From Actinomycetota bacterium (GTDB taxonomy: Bacteria > Actinomycetota > Actinomycetes > S36-B12 > UBA10799), in NCBI GenBank assembly GCA_020637055.1, contig JACJWR010000004.1:182437-246436 (forward strand): DNA of 64,000 nt, in the 5' to 3' direction. Shown in pieces: positions 43,632-53,608 of this stretch; the first letter of the stretch is position 1, and every line of letters begins with the position of its first letter. The notes under the pieces were generated by a model that searched no databases, was not told the origin of the DNA, and was given only the letters and a program-made list of their open reading frames with translations. The translations under genes were made by a program, and so were the position numbers.

Positions 43632-45410
43632 ATGTCGGCGATCGAATCGGTGGGGTTGGCAGGCTTTGGCACGATGGGTTCGGGCATCGCCGAGGTGGTG
43701 GCTCGCGCCGGACTGCCGGTCGTCGCGTATGTCCCCAACGCCCGGGCGGAGGCAATCGGTCGCGCCCGGCTCGAATTCTCCGTCGATCGCGCCGTCGCCG
43801 CGGGCAAACTCTCAGCGGATGAGAAGGCTGCGATCCTCGCGCTGGTGACGACCACGACGTCGGCCGCCGATCTCGCCGAGGTCGACCTGGTGATCGAAGC
43901 GGTGCCGGAGAATCTCGAGCTCAAGAAGGAGGTATTGGCCGAACTCGATGCCGTGGTGAAGCCCGAGGCCATCTTCGCCTCCAACACGTCGGCGCTGCGG
44001 ATCACCGAGTTGGCAGTCGCCACCGAACGCCCCAGCAGGGTGATCGGAATGCACTTCTTCAACCCCGCTCCGGTGCTGGACTTCGTGGAGTTGGTGTCCA
44101 CCGTGGCAACCGACGAAGCTGTCCTCGCGGAGGCCCGGCAATTCCTCGACGCCATCGGCCGCTCGGTGGTGGAGGTCAACGACCGGCCCGGTTTCATCGC
44201 GAACTCCTTGCTGTTCGGCTACCTCAACCATGCGGTGGCCATGTACTCGGAGAAGTACGCGTCACGGGAGGACATCGATGCCGCCATGCGCTTCGGCTGC
44301 GGCTACCCGATGGGCCCGTTGGCGCTGCTCGACCTGATCGGCCTCGACACCGCCTATGACGTGCTCGATGCCATGTACCACGAATCGCGCGATGTGTTGC
44401 ACGCTCCCGCCCCGATGCTCAAGCAGTTCGTCACCGCCGGTCGGCTCGGACGCAAGTCCGGCCAGGGTTTCTACACCTATGCCGACCCTGGCTCGGCGGT
44501 GGTGGTAGATGACGAACTGACCCCGGCCGATGACGCCGCCGCCGGCGGCTCGCTGCGAGAGATCTCGAAGGTGGGGGTGGTGGGCACCGGCACCATGGCC
44601 TCCGGCATCGTCGAAGTGTTCGCCAAGGCTGGCTACGAGGTCATCTTCATCGCCCGCAGCGATGCCAAGGTCGGCGGTGTCAACGCTGCCGTCGCCAAGT
44701 CCCTCAACCGGGCCGTCAGCAAGGGTCGGATGTCTGAGGAGGCCCGGGATGAGGTGCTGGGCAGGATCACCGGCGCGACCGAGCGGGAGGCGCTGGCCGA
44801 GGTGGACATCGTGGTGGAGGCCATCGCCGAAGACCTCGGGATCAAGCTCGACCTGTTCCGCGACCTCGACCGGATCTGCAAGCCCGGCGCGATTCTGGCG
44901 ACGACCACATCGTCGCTGCCGGTCATCGCCATGGCGGCGGTCACCGAGCGTCCCGAAGACGTCATCGGCATGCACTTCTTCAACCCGGCACCGATCATGA
45001 AACTGGTCGAGGTGGTGACCACGATCGCGACCGCGGACGACGTCACCGCCACCGTGGTCGACCTCACCAAGAAGGTGCGCAAGCATCCGGTGTTGTGCGG
45101 GGACCGGGCCGGCTTCATCGTCAACGCCCTGCTGTTCCCCTACCTCAACGATGCGGTGCGGATGGTGGAGGCGCACTACGCCACCATCGATGCGGTGGAC
45201 ACCGCGATGACGAAGGGCTGCTCGCTGCCGATGGGCCCGTTCGCACTCTTGGACGTGGTGGGCAACGATGTCTCGCTCGCCATCCAGGAGACCCTCTACC
45301 GAGAGTTCCGGGAGCCGGGCTACGCACCGGCCCCGATGCTCAGGGAAATCGTCACGGCCGGCTACCTCGGGCGCAAGACCGGTCGCGGTTTCCGTTCGTA
45401 CGCCCGCTGA
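43632..45410 (+). CDS. tandem-duplicated (two-module) 3-hydroxyacyl-CoA dehydrogenase
   Basis: 592 aa made of two complete HAD modules, each with a Rossmann motif (GFGTMGSGIA; GTGTMASGIV), NTS/TTSS, HFFNPAP and a C-terminal dimerisation domain ending G.GF..Y. Confidence 0.85.
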   Translation: MSAIESVGLAGFGTMGSGIAEVVARAGLPVVAYVPNARAEAIGRARLEFSVDRAVAAGKLSADEKAAILALVTTTTSAADLAEVDLVIEAVPENLELKKEVLAELDAVVKPEAIFASNTSALRITELAVATERPSRVIGMHFFNPAPVLDFVELVSTVATDEAVLAEARQFLDAIGRSVVEVNDRPGFIANSLLFGYLNHAVAMYSEKYASREDIDAAMRFGCGYPMGPLALLDLIGLDTAYDVLDAMYHESRDVLHAPAPMLKQFVTAGRLGRKSGQGFYTYADPGSAVVVDDELTPADDAAAGGSLREISKVGVVGTGTMASGIVEVFAKAGYEVIFIARSDAKVGGVNAAVAKSLNRAVSKGRMSEEARDEVLGRITGATEREALAEVDIVVEAIAEDLGIKLDLFRDLDRICKPGAILATTTSSLPVIAMAAVTERPEDVIGMHFFNPAPIMKLVEVVTTIATADDVTATVVDLTKKVRKHPVLCGDRAGFIVNALLFPYLNDAVRMVEAHYATIDAVDTAMTKGCSLPMGPFALLDVVGNDVSLAIQETLYREFREPGYAPAPMLREIVTAGYLGRKTGRGFRSYAR

Positions 45411-45447
45411 CCTGACCTGACCACGGCGCCGCTGGCACACTCGAGTC

Positions 45448-45714
45448 ATGCCCCGACGCAACCGCCGGGAACGACCCCAGGAGTCACCGGTGCGCTTCGG
45501 CGCGAACCAGTGGACCGAGTCCGGACCACGTGGCGAATGGACGGTGCGCCAGATCCGTGGGAACGGCAAAGAGTACGTCTGCCCTGGCTGCAACCAAGTG
45601 ATCGGCGGCTCCGCGTCGCACATCGTGGCCTGGCGGGAAGATTCCCTGCTCGCGTCCGAAGCGAGGCGACACTGGCATACCCCGTGTTGGCAGCGCAGCG
45701 CACACACCCGATGA
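45448..45714 (+). CDS. small conserved actinobacterial Cys/His-motif protein, function unknown
   Basis: 88 aa with a basic N-terminus, CPGC and RRHWHTPCW (a likely Zn site). The stop overlaps the next ATG (ATGA). Confidence 0.5.
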   Translation: MPRRNRRERPQESPVRFGANQWTESGPRGEWTVRQIRGNGKEYVCPGCNQVIGGSASHIVAWREDSLLASEARRHWHTPCWQRSAHTR

Positions 45715-46550
45715 GCCTGCCGCAGACTCGGGGTAGCCTCAAGGCTGTGCGCACCCCCACGGAGATCACCGCCAACAGCGTGCTCCCCGCGCGACGGGAA
45801 CCGCTGACGCTGGTGACCGCGGACGGACTGCGGCTGGTGGGGGAACTCGCAGCTCCGGTCTCCGGGAAGCCGCGGGCCACGATCGTCTGCCTGCATCCGC
45901 TGCCCACCCACGGCGGAATGATGGATTCGCATGTATTCCGCAAGGCGGCGTGGCGGCTTCCGGCGCTGGCCGGGGTTGCCGTACTCAGATTCAACATGCG
46001 CGGGACGGCCAGTGCCGACGGTCGCAGCGAAGGCGACTTCGACGAGGCCCGTGGGGAGGGTTTGGACCTTCGGGCCGCAGTGGACTGGGTCGAACGCGCC
46101 GGTTTGCCTGTCCCGTGGCTGGTCGGTTGGAGTTTCGGCACCGATGTGGTGCTCAGGCATGGGCTGATCGACGGACTGCCGGGGGCAATACTGCTCAGCC
46201 CGCCGCTGCGCTACTCGACCGAATTGGATCTTCGGGCCTGGGCGGACGACGGTCGAAGGGTCGTCGCGCTGGTCCCCGAATTGGATGATTTTCTGCCCCC
46301 GGACGAGGCCGCCGAGAAGTTCCGTGCGGTGACCCAACTCGAACTCGTGCCCGGTCCAGGTGCCAAACATCTGTGGGTCGGCGAGCGGTGGGTGCGGTGG
46401 GTACTCGACAGCATCGTGACTGTGGTGGCGCCTGAGGTCGGGGTACCGTTGCCGACGACATGGGAAGGACCGATGGTCCGGCACAACGATTTGCTAGCGC
46501 CTAGCGCTGGACCTGAGGGTGCTGAATCACCTTCAGGTGAACCTAAATAG
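45711..46550 (+). CDS. alpha/beta-fold hydrolase
   Basis: 279 aa from ATG 45711 with the nucleophile elbow GWSFG. The track ORF start at 45510 lies inside the preceding gene. Confidence 0.7.
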   Translation: MSLPQTRGSLKAVRTPTEITANSVLPARREPLTLVTADGLRLVGELAAPVSGKPRATIVCLHPLPTHGGMMDSHVFRKAAWRLPALAGVAVLRFNMRGTASADGRSEGDFDEARGEGLDLRAAVDWVERAGLPVPWLVGWSFGTDVVLRHGLIDGLPGAILLSPPLRYSTELDLRAWADDGRRVVALVPELDDFLPPDEAAEKFRAVTQLELVPGPGAKHLWVGERWVRWVLDSIVTVVAPEVGVPLPTTWEGPMVRHNDLLAPSAGPEGAESPSGEPK

Positions 46551-46560
46551 GAGGTTTACA

Positions 46561-47319
46561 GTGGGAGATCGACTCGCAGGCAGGCGGGCGTTGGTGACTG
46601 GGGCGTCGCGCGGGATCGGTCGTGCGATCGCACTCGCCTTCGCAGCCGAAGGAGCTCACGTCGTGGCCTTGGCGCGCAATGGCGAGTTGCTGACCGAATT
46701 GGTGGCAGACATCGACGGCCAGGGCGGTAGCGCGAGTTTCGTGGTGTGTGATGTCACCGATCCGGAGGCCGTCGGAGCGGCCACGGCTGCCATCGTCGCC
46801 GAAGGGCCGATCGATGTGCTGGTGAACAACGCCGGCGGCAATTCGTTCTCGGCTCCAGTGGTGATGATGCGTCCGACCGGCTGGACCAAGACCCAAACCC
46901 TGAATGTCGACTCGACGTTCTGGATGCTGCAGGGAGTGCTCCCGTCGATGGTCGCCGCAGGAGGCGGATCCGTGATCAACGTGTCGTCGGTCGCCGGGCT
47001 CGCCGGGGCGCCGCTGATGGCCCACTACGGGGCGGCCAAGGCAGCAATCTTGTCGCTCACGCGCAGTGCCGCCTTGGAGGTCGCCGCTTCGGGTGTCCGG
47101 GTGAATGCCCTCGTGCCGGGCTGGGTCGAGACCGATCTGACCGACTTCCTGCGTCACGATTCGAACGTGGAGTCCAGCCTGCTCGACCGGGTGCCGATGC
47201 AACGCTGGGGAACGCCTGAGGAGATCGCCGCGGCCGCGGTGTTCCTGGCTGGCGACGAGTCCTCCTTCATGACCGGCCAGACCCTCGTGGTCGACGGCGG
47301 GCTCTCGGTGATGCCGTAG
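46561..47319 (+). CDS. SDR-family oxidoreductase (FabG-like)
   Basis: GTG 46561 follows ggagg. Contains TGASRGIG, NNAG and the YxxxK motif (AHYGAAKAA). Confidence 0.85.
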   Translation: MGDRLAGRRALVTGASRGIGRAIALAFAAEGAHVVALARNGELLTELVADIDGQGGSASFVVCDVTDPEAVGAATAAIVAEGPIDVLVNNAGGNSFSAPVVMMRPTGWTKTQTLNVDSTFWMLQGVLPSMVAAGGGSVINVSSVAGLAGAPLMAHYGAAKAAILSLTRSAALEVAASGVRVNALVPGWVETDLTDFLRHDSNVESSLLDRVPMQRWGTPEEIAAAAVFLAGDESSFMTGQTLVVDGGLSVMP

Positions 47320-48056
47320 TGGCTGTCATCACGTTGTTGCACGCGTTCCCCCTCGGCCCGGCGATGTTCGAGGCGCAGCGCAAGGCCTTGGTGGCGGCCG
47401 GCCACGAGGTGGTGGTGCCCGATCTGCTGTCACCCGAGCGCAACTATCCCGCGGATCCGGATCTTGCGGCGATGGCCAGATACGTGCTGAAACTGATGTC
47501 CGACGCGGGTCATCGGCAGTTCGCCATCGCCGGGCTCTCGATGGGTGGCTATGTGGCCATGGCGGTGCTGCGCAACGCCATGACCCGGGTGACGGGCCTG
47601 GCGCTGCTCGACACCCGCGCGTCGGCGGACTCGGACGCGGCGGCCAGGAACCGCTACGCCTACGCCGACCGAGTCGAAGCCGAGGGTATGGGCTGGGTGC
47701 CCGAGGCCGCCCTGGACTCCCTGCTCGGCGAGACGACCCGGGAATCGCGCACCGTCATCGTTGACCGAGTGCGCGGTTGGATCGAGACTGCGGATCCGGG
47801 AATGGTCGCCTGGGCCCAACGGGCGATGGCCGAGCGGCCGGACTCGCTGGCCGAATTGCAGGTGTTCCGTCAACCTTCGCTGGTGCTCGTGGGCCAGGAG
47901 GACACCCTCACCCCGCTGCCGGATTCGCTGGCCATGGCAGAGGCCCTCGGTGGCGCCCCGCTGACCCAGATCAGTCGGGCCGGTCACCTGTCCGCCGTGG
48001 AGAGTCCGAACAAGGTTTCGGAGATGCTGACAACCTGGGCCGACCGCCTCGATTGA
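47319..48056 (+). CDS. alpha/beta-fold hydrolase
   Basis: 245 aa with the nucleophile elbow GLSMGG and a C-terminal GH (RAGHLS). The GTG start overlaps the SDR stop. Confidence 0.75.
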   Translation: MAVITLLHAFPLGPAMFEAQRKALVAAGHEVVVPDLLSPERNYPADPDLAAMARYVLKLMSDAGHRQFAIAGLSMGGYVAMAVLRNAMTRVTGLALLDTRASADSDAAARNRYAYADRVEAEGMGWVPEAALDSLLGETTRESRTVIVDRVRGWIETADPGMVAWAQRAMAERPDSLAELQVFRQPSLVLVGQEDTLTPLPDSLAMAEALGGAPLTQISRAGHLSAVESPNKVSEMLTTWADRLD

Positions 48057-48192
48057 CCCTTCTCGGGGGTGTTTCCGGGCGGCTCCGGTGAGCCCGGAGT
48101 TGCCGCCGAATTGCGGTTGGATCGGTGCGAGTCGCGATCCCCAAGTCGACCTCGGTAGGCCTAGAGTGGCCGCAGTTGATGGAGGTTCGGCG

Positions 48193-50136
48193 ATGGCGTC
48201 TACAGCGGTGCCCGAGGTGCACACGCATGCCTCGGCACCGACGAGTCTCCCTACCGACTCGCCCACCCCGGGCCGCGCCGGCGTCCGGGTCCGCACCGGC
48301 CGCCACCTGCAGCGACCCGCCCCGCCGATGGGATACGTGCCCGGCCTCGACGGTATCCGCGCACTGGCCGTGTTGGGCGTGCTGGTGTTCCATGGCAGCG
48401 ACTCGTGGTTGCCCGGTGGCTTCCTCGGGGTGGACGTCTTCTTCGTGCTGTCCGGATTCTTGATCTCGACCATCCTGCTCGAGCAGTTGAGTTCACGGGG
48501 TTGGATCGATTTCCGCGTCTTCTACCTGCACCGGGCCCGCCGCCTGCTGCCCGCGTTGCTGGCCATGCTGGCCATGTCCGCGGTGCTCATCGCGGTCTTC
48601 GCCCACGACGCCGCGGCCCAGTTCCGTCGCACGGTCCTACCTTCACTGCTCTACGTCGCCAACTGGGCGTTCATCAACGACGACCTGTCGTATTTCGAGG
48701 CCATCGGTCGCCCTCCGGTGCTGCAGCACCTGTGGTCGCTGGCCATCGAGGAACAGTTCTACCTGCTGTGGCCGCTGGTGCTGCTGCTCATCTACAAACG
48801 CCGTGGTCGGCTTGGTGTGGGTCGGGTGGCCTTCGGAGTTGCGGTCGTCTCCACGTTGCTGATGGCGCTGCTCTCGGTGCTGTGGAACGTCCCCGGGCAG
48901 TCCGATGCCAGTCGGCTGTACTTCGGCACCGACACGCACGCCATGAGTCTGCTCGTCGGTGCTGCCCTCGCGGCTGTGTATCGGCCGGGGGCCATGCCCC
49001 GGTCATTGCCGCTGCTCCGGCGCCTGGCCCTCACCGGCGTCGGGGTGCTGGCGCTCGGCCTGGTCATCCTCGCGTATTTCCAGGTGTCCGAGCAGGGAAC
49101 CTGGCTCTACCGAGGGGGTTTCCTGGTATTCGCCTTCGCGACCGCCGCGTTGATCACAGTGGTCGCCCACCCGGCGGCGCTGCTCGGACCCGTCATGGCG
49201 TGGGCGCCGTTGCGCTACCTCGGCACCCGCTCGTACGGGCTCTACCTCTACCACTGGCCCATCTTCGTGGTGCTTCGCCCCGAGATCGACGTTCCCATGG
49301 GCGCTTTCGGGACCTTCCTGCTTCGGATGGGCCTCACCATGGCCGTCGCCGAAGTCTCCTACCGGTACCTGGAGATGCCGATCCGGCGCGGCACCGCCTG
49401 GCCGGCGCTCAAGCAGTGGTTCGCCGACGCGCCCGCCCGCCGGATCGTCGCCGTCGTGGGAACAACAGCGGCCGCCACCGCCGCAGTCGCGTTCGTGATC
49501 GCCAACGCTGAGGCCCCCACCGCGAAGGAATACCTCGGCGGCGTGACCGAAGTCAACGCAGCACCCTTGGCACCGAAGCCGGCCGCCGAGCCGGCGGCGG
49601 CTGCGCCGGAGGAGGCGCCGGCAGTTGAGGAGCCCACGCCGACAGTCGCACCGGAGCCCATCACGCCGGCCACACCAATGACCGTCGTCGGAGATTCCCT
49701 GGCGGTGGGTGCCGCCGAGAGTTTGACCGCGCTGATGCCCGCCACAACCGTCGACGCGGCCGTGAGTCGGCAACCGGAAGAGGTTCTCGCCCGGATCTCC
49801 GAACGGCAGGCGGCGGGCCTGCTCGATCCGGTGGTGGTGATCCAGACGGGCACCAACGGCCGGGTCGACAACGATCAACTCTCGGCCCTGCTGGCATCGC
49901 TGTCGGATCGCCAACGCGTGGTGCTGGTGACCTCGGCCGGGCCGCACTCCTGGCAGCCGCAGTCAAACGAGGTCATGCAGCAGGTGGCTGCGGGCCATCC
50001 GAATGTCCGGATCGCCGACTTCGCCGCCGCCGCGGCGGGTCACCCGGAGTACTTCATCGAAGACGGAGTCCACCTGACGCCCACCGGTCTGGATGTGTAC
50101 ACCGCGCTCATCACCGCGACCGTCCAGGCGCCCTGA
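48193..50136 (+). CDS. acyltransferase-3 family membrane O-acyltransferase with C-terminal SGNH domain
   Basis: From ATG 48193 the product is about 647 aa. It has the N-terminal motif GLDGIRALAVLGVLVFH, about 10 TM helices, an Ala/Pro-rich linker and then an SGNH-like domain (VVGDSLAVG ... IQTGTNG ... DGVHLT). Confidence 0.85.
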   Translation: MASTAVPEVHTHASAPTSLPTDSPTPGRAGVRVRTGRHLQRPAPPMGYVPGLDGIRALAVLGVLVFHGSDSWLPGGFLGVDVFFVLSGFLISTILLEQLSSRGWIDFRVFYLHRARRLLPALLAMLAMSAVLIAVFAHDAAAQFRRTVLPSLLYVANWAFINDDLSYFEAIGRPPVLQHLWSLAIEEQFYLLWPLVLLLIYKRRGRLGVGRVAFGVAVVSTLLMALLSVLWNVPGQSDASRLYFGTDTHAMSLLVGAALAAVYRPGAMPRSLPLLRRLALTGVGVLALGLVILAYFQVSEQGTWLYRGGFLVFAFATAALITVVAHPAALLGPVMAWAPLRYLGTRSYGLYLYHWPIFVVLRPEIDVPMGAFGTFLLRMGLTMAVAEVSYRYLEMPIRRGTAWPALKQWFADAPARRIVAVVGTTAAATAAVAFVIANAEAPTAKEYLGGVTEVNAAPLAPKPAAEPAAAAPEEAPAVEEPTPTVAPEPITPATPMTVVGDSLAVGAAESLTALMPATTVDAAVSRQPEEVLARISERQAAGLLDPVVVIQTGTNGRVDNDQLSALLASLSDRQRVVLVTSAGPHSWQPQSNEVMQQVAAGHPNVRIADFAAAAAGHPEYFIEDGVHLTPTGLDVYTALITATVQAP

Positions 50137-50178
50137 TGGTGGCCGGAGGCTGCGGCCGAAGGTCGCCGAGGTAGTCCC

Positions 50179-52053
50179 GTGGCGCATCTGCTCGGCGCCG
50201 AGGAGCTGCACTTGGAGTTCCCGACCCGGATCGTCTTCGACTCCGTGTCCCTCGGGATAGATGAGGGGGATCGCATCGGCATCGTCGGGCGCAACGGCGA
50301 CGGCAAGTCCTCCCTGTTGGGAATGTTGTCCGGCCGCGTGACACCCGACACCGGTCGGGTGACCAGGCGCAGCGGGGTGCGCATGGGGGTGCTGGAGCAG
50401 GCGGACACGCTCGATGCTGATGCCACAGTCGGTGAAGTGGTGGTCGGTGATCGGGCCGAGCATGAGTGGGCCGGCGATGCCCGGATCCGCGACGTCATCG
50501 CCGGGTTGGTGCCGGATCTGCCATGGGATGCCGAGATTTCGACGCTCTCCGGGGGTCAACGCCGTCGGGTGGCCCTGGCCGCGCTACTCGTCGGCGATTG
50601 GGACATCCTCGCGTTGGACGAACCCACGAACCACCTCGACCTGGAAGGGGTCGCCTGGCTCGCCGATCATCTCAAGCGGCGATGGGCGAAGAATGCCGGC
50701 GGCCTGCTGCTCATCACCCACGATCGTTGGCTGCTCGACGAGGTCTCGACCAGCACCTGGGAGGTGCACGACCGGATCGTCGAACCGTTCGAGGGTGGCT
50801 ATGCCGCCTACGTGTTGCAGCGGGTGGAACGGGACCGCAGGGCGGCTGTCAGCGCGGCGAGGCGGGCGAATCTGATGCGCAAAGAACTCGCCTGGCTGCG
50901 GCGGGGACCACCGGCCCGCACCTCCAAGCCCAAGTTCAGGATCGAAGCAGCCAACCAGTTGATCGCCGACGTCCCGCCCCCTCGGGACCAGGTCCAACTG
51001 TCCCGGCTGGCCGTGGCGCGGCTGGGCAAGCAGGTCATCGACCTGCTCGATGTGTCAGTGTCCTTCGGCGAGCGTGAGGTGCTGCGGGAGGTGGACTGGC
51101 GGATCGCGCCCGGCGAGCGCACCGCAATCATGGGTGCCAACGGTGCGGGCAAGTCCACCCTGCTGGGGTTGATCGCCGGCACCGTCGAACCGAGCAGCGG
51201 CCGGGTGAAGCGCGGCAAGACCGTCCGGGTGGGGGTGCTCGACCAGCAGTTCCGCGAACTCGTCGACATCGCCGACGAACGGGTCCGTGACGTGCTCGCC
51301 AGGGCCAAGTCCAGCTACGTGGTGGACGGCCGGGAACTGACCCCGGCCCAGTTGCTGGAACGGCTGGGTTTCTCGAATGCCCATCTCAGCGCGAGGGTGG
51401 GGGAACTCTCCGGTGGGCAGAAGCGGCGCCTGCAGTTGCTGCTGGTGCTGCTGTCGGAGCCGAACCTGATCGTCCTCGACGAACCCTCCAACGACGTCGA
51501 CACAGACATGCTCGCGGCGATGGAGGACCTGCTTGACACCTGGCCGGGAACGCTGATCGTGGTCTCCCACGATCGCTACCTCTGCGAGCGTGTCACCGAT
51601 CAGCAGTACGCCGTCATCGACGGTCGACTCCGGCACCTGCCGGGAGGAGTGGCGGAGTACTTGAGCCTGCGGCAGGGCCAACCGTCTCGACCGGCATCGG
51701 CGCGGGATCGGGTGGCTCGGGATGTGGATGCGCCCGCAGTTCCGGGTGGGCCCGGCGAGAGTAGGGGCTCGGGGGGAGGGGATGCGGGACGGAAGGGTGC
51801 GGCTGACGCTGACCCCGCGCCCTCGGATCTCACCGGATCTCAACGACGGGCGATCCAGAAAGAGGCCGCGTCGATTGAGCGGCGTCTCGACAAGTTCGCG
51901 GCCGAGGTGGCGGACCTGCATCGCCGCATGGCCGTTCACGATCAGACCGACTACGAGGAGTTGCGACGACTCGGCGAACGGCTCCGGGCCGTCGAGAGCG
52001 AGACCGCCGACCTGGAGGAACGTTGGCTGGAACTGTCCGAACTGATCGACTGA
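50179..52053 (+). CDS. ABC-F family ATPase (two ABC domains, no TM domain)
   Basis: 624 aa with two Walker A motifs (GRNGDGKS; GANGAGKS), two LSGG signatures (LSGGQRRRV; LSGGQKRRL) and a C-terminal coiled coil. GTG start. Confidence 0.9.
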   Translation: MAHLLGAEELHLEFPTRIVFDSVSLGIDEGDRIGIVGRNGDGKSSLLGMLSGRVTPDTGRVTRRSGVRMGVLEQADTLDADATVGEVVVGDRAEHEWAGDARIRDVIAGLVPDLPWDAEISTLSGGQRRRVALAALLVGDWDILALDEPTNHLDLEGVAWLADHLKRRWAKNAGGLLLITHDRWLLDEVSTSTWEVHDRIVEPFEGGYAAYVLQRVERDRRAAVSAARRANLMRKELAWLRRGPPARTSKPKFRIEAANQLIADVPPPRDQVQLSRLAVARLGKQVIDLLDVSVSFGEREVLREVDWRIAPGERTAIMGANGAGKSTLLGLIAGTVEPSSGRVKRGKTVRVGVLDQQFRELVDIADERVRDVLARAKSSYVVDGRELTPAQLLERLGFSNAHLSARVGELSGGQKRRLQLLLVLLSEPNLIVLDEPSNDVDTDMLAAMEDLLDTWPGTLIVVSHDRYLCERVTDQQYAVIDGRLRHLPGGVAEYLSLRQGQPSRPASARDRVARDVDAPAVPGGPGESRGSGGGDAGRKGAADADPAPSDLTGSQRRAIQKEAASIERRLDKFAAEVADLHRRMAVHDQTDYEELRRLGERLRAVESETADLEERWLELSELID

Positions 52054-52066
52054 GCCGAGCACCCAT

Positions 52067-52115
52067 CGCGGCGGGCGGAATGGACCGGGAAACTCAGTCG
52101 ATTCCGCCCGCCGCG
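52067..52115. terminator. hairpin between convergent ABC-F and ccr genes
   Basis: Perfect 15-bp stem cgcggcgggcggaat / attccgcccgccgcg with a 19-nt loop, followed on the + strand by gttggttttg. Confidence 0.6.
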
Positions 52116-52152
52116 GTTGGTTTTGCCGACGCCAGCCGCCGGCGGGCGGGTG

Positions 52153-53490
52153 CTAGGCGTCGCGGAAACGGTTGATCTCGTCGATGTGCTTGGCGCGCAA
52201 CTCCTCGTCACGCACACCGAGTCCTTCTTCGGGAGCCAGCGCCAACACGCCGACCTTGCCTTGGTGCAGGTTCCGGTGCACGTCGTAGGCCGCCTGGCCG
52301 GTGTCCGCGAGTGAGTAGACCTTCGACAGGGTCGGGTGGATCATGCCCTTCTCGATCAGCCGGTTGGCCTCGTACGCTTCGCGGTAGTTGGCGAAGTGCG
52401 AACCGATGATGCGCTTGAGGTTCATCCACAGGTAGCGGTTGTCGTACTCGTGCATGTATCCGGACGTCGACGCGCAGGTGACGATCTTGCCGCCCTTGCG
52501 GGTCACGAACACGGAAGCGCCGAAGGTCTCCCGGCCCGGGTGCTCGAACACGATGTCGATGTCTTCGCCGCCGGTGAGTTCGCGGATGTCCTTGCCGAAT
52601 CGACGCCATTCGCGCGGGTCCTGGACACCTTCGTCGGTCCAGAACTTGTAGTCCTTCTCGCGCCGGTCGATGATCAGTTCCGCTCCCATGGAGCGCACGA
52701 TCTCGGCCTTCTCCGGGCTCGAGACCACGCACACCGGGATGGCGCCGCCGTTGAGGGCGTACTGGGTGGCGAACGCACCCAAACCGCCGGAGGCGCCCCA
52801 GATGAGCACCACGTCGCCCTGCTTCATGTTGCCGCCGTTTTCGCTGACGAGCTGCCGGTAGGCCGTTGAGTTGACCAGCCCGGGGCTCGCTGCTTCTTCC
52901 CAGGACAGGTGCTTGGGCTTGGGCATCAGTTGGTTGCTCTTGACGATGGCCAGTTCGGCCAGGCCGCCGAAGTTGGTCTCGAAGCCCCAGATCCGCTGCT
53001 CGGGATCCATCATGGTGTCGTTGTGACCGGCGGGTGATTCCAGCTCCACCGACAGACAGTGGGCCACCACCTCATCACCGGGTTTCCAGGCGTTGACCCC
53101 CGGTCCGGTGCGCAGCACGACGCCGGCCAGGTCGGACCCCAGCACGTGGTAGGGGAGGTCGTGGCGCTTGGCCTCCTTGTGGGTGCGGCCGTAGCGCTCC
53201 AGGAAACCGAAGGTGCTCACCGGCTCGAAGATCGACGACCAGACGGTGTTGTAGTTGATGGCGCTCGCCATGACCGCGACCAGCGCCTCACCGGCGGCGA
53301 GTTCCGGCACCGGCACCTCGTCGAGGTGCAGCGACTTGCGCGGATCCTTGTCCCGGGAGGGCACGTCGGCGAACATCTCCTGCTCGTCCTTGTGGATCGT
53401 GACGCCCCGGTAGGTCTCGGGGATTTCGATCGTGGCGAACTCCTCGGCCGGGGTATCCCCGGCCATGATCGCGTCGCGGATATGGTCCAT
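52153..53490 (-). CDS. ccr: crotonyl-CoA carboxylase/reductase
   Basis: 445 aa, near-colinear with the Streptomyces Ccr I remember (KDPRKSLHLDEVPVPEL, NYNTVWSSIFEP, GFETNFGGLAE, HQGKVGVL). gaggagg lies upstream of the ATG. Confidence 0.92.
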   Translation of the reverse strand: MDHIRDAIMAGDTPAEEFATIEIPETYRGVTIHKDEQEMFADVPSRDKDPRKSLHLDEVPVPELAAGEALVAVMASAINYNTVWSSIFEPVSTFGFLERYGRTHKEAKRHDLPYHVLGSDLAGVVLRTGPGVNAWKPGDEVVAHCLSVELESPAGHNDTMMDPEQRIWGFETNFGGLAELAIVKSNQLMPKPKHLSWEEAASPGLVNSTAYRQLVSENGGNMKQGDVVLIWGASGGLGAFATQYALNGGAIPVCVVSSPEKAEIVRSMGAELIIDRREKDYKFWTDEGVQDPREWRRFGKDIRELTGGEDIDIVFEHPGRETFGASVFVTRKGGKIVTCASTSGYMHEYDNRYLWMNLKRIIGSHFANYREAYEANRLIEKGMIHPTLSKVYSLADTGQAAYDVHRNLHQGKVGVLALAPEEGLGVRDEELRAKHIDEINRFRDA

Positions 53491-53608
53491 TACTGCCTCC
53501 TCGCAGTGATGCGGTGGTGCTGGTTGTCAGATGCCGAGCGGTTGCCGGGCCGATTCATGGTCGAACCCGGACAATAGGTGAAATGTACTTCATGTGTTTG
53601 CGGTCGAT

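Noticed and set aside
44262-46484. 740-aa minus-strand ORF across the double HAD gene and downstream genes
   Set aside because: It is a shadow ORF opposite well-supported plus-strand genes and has no recognisable domain.
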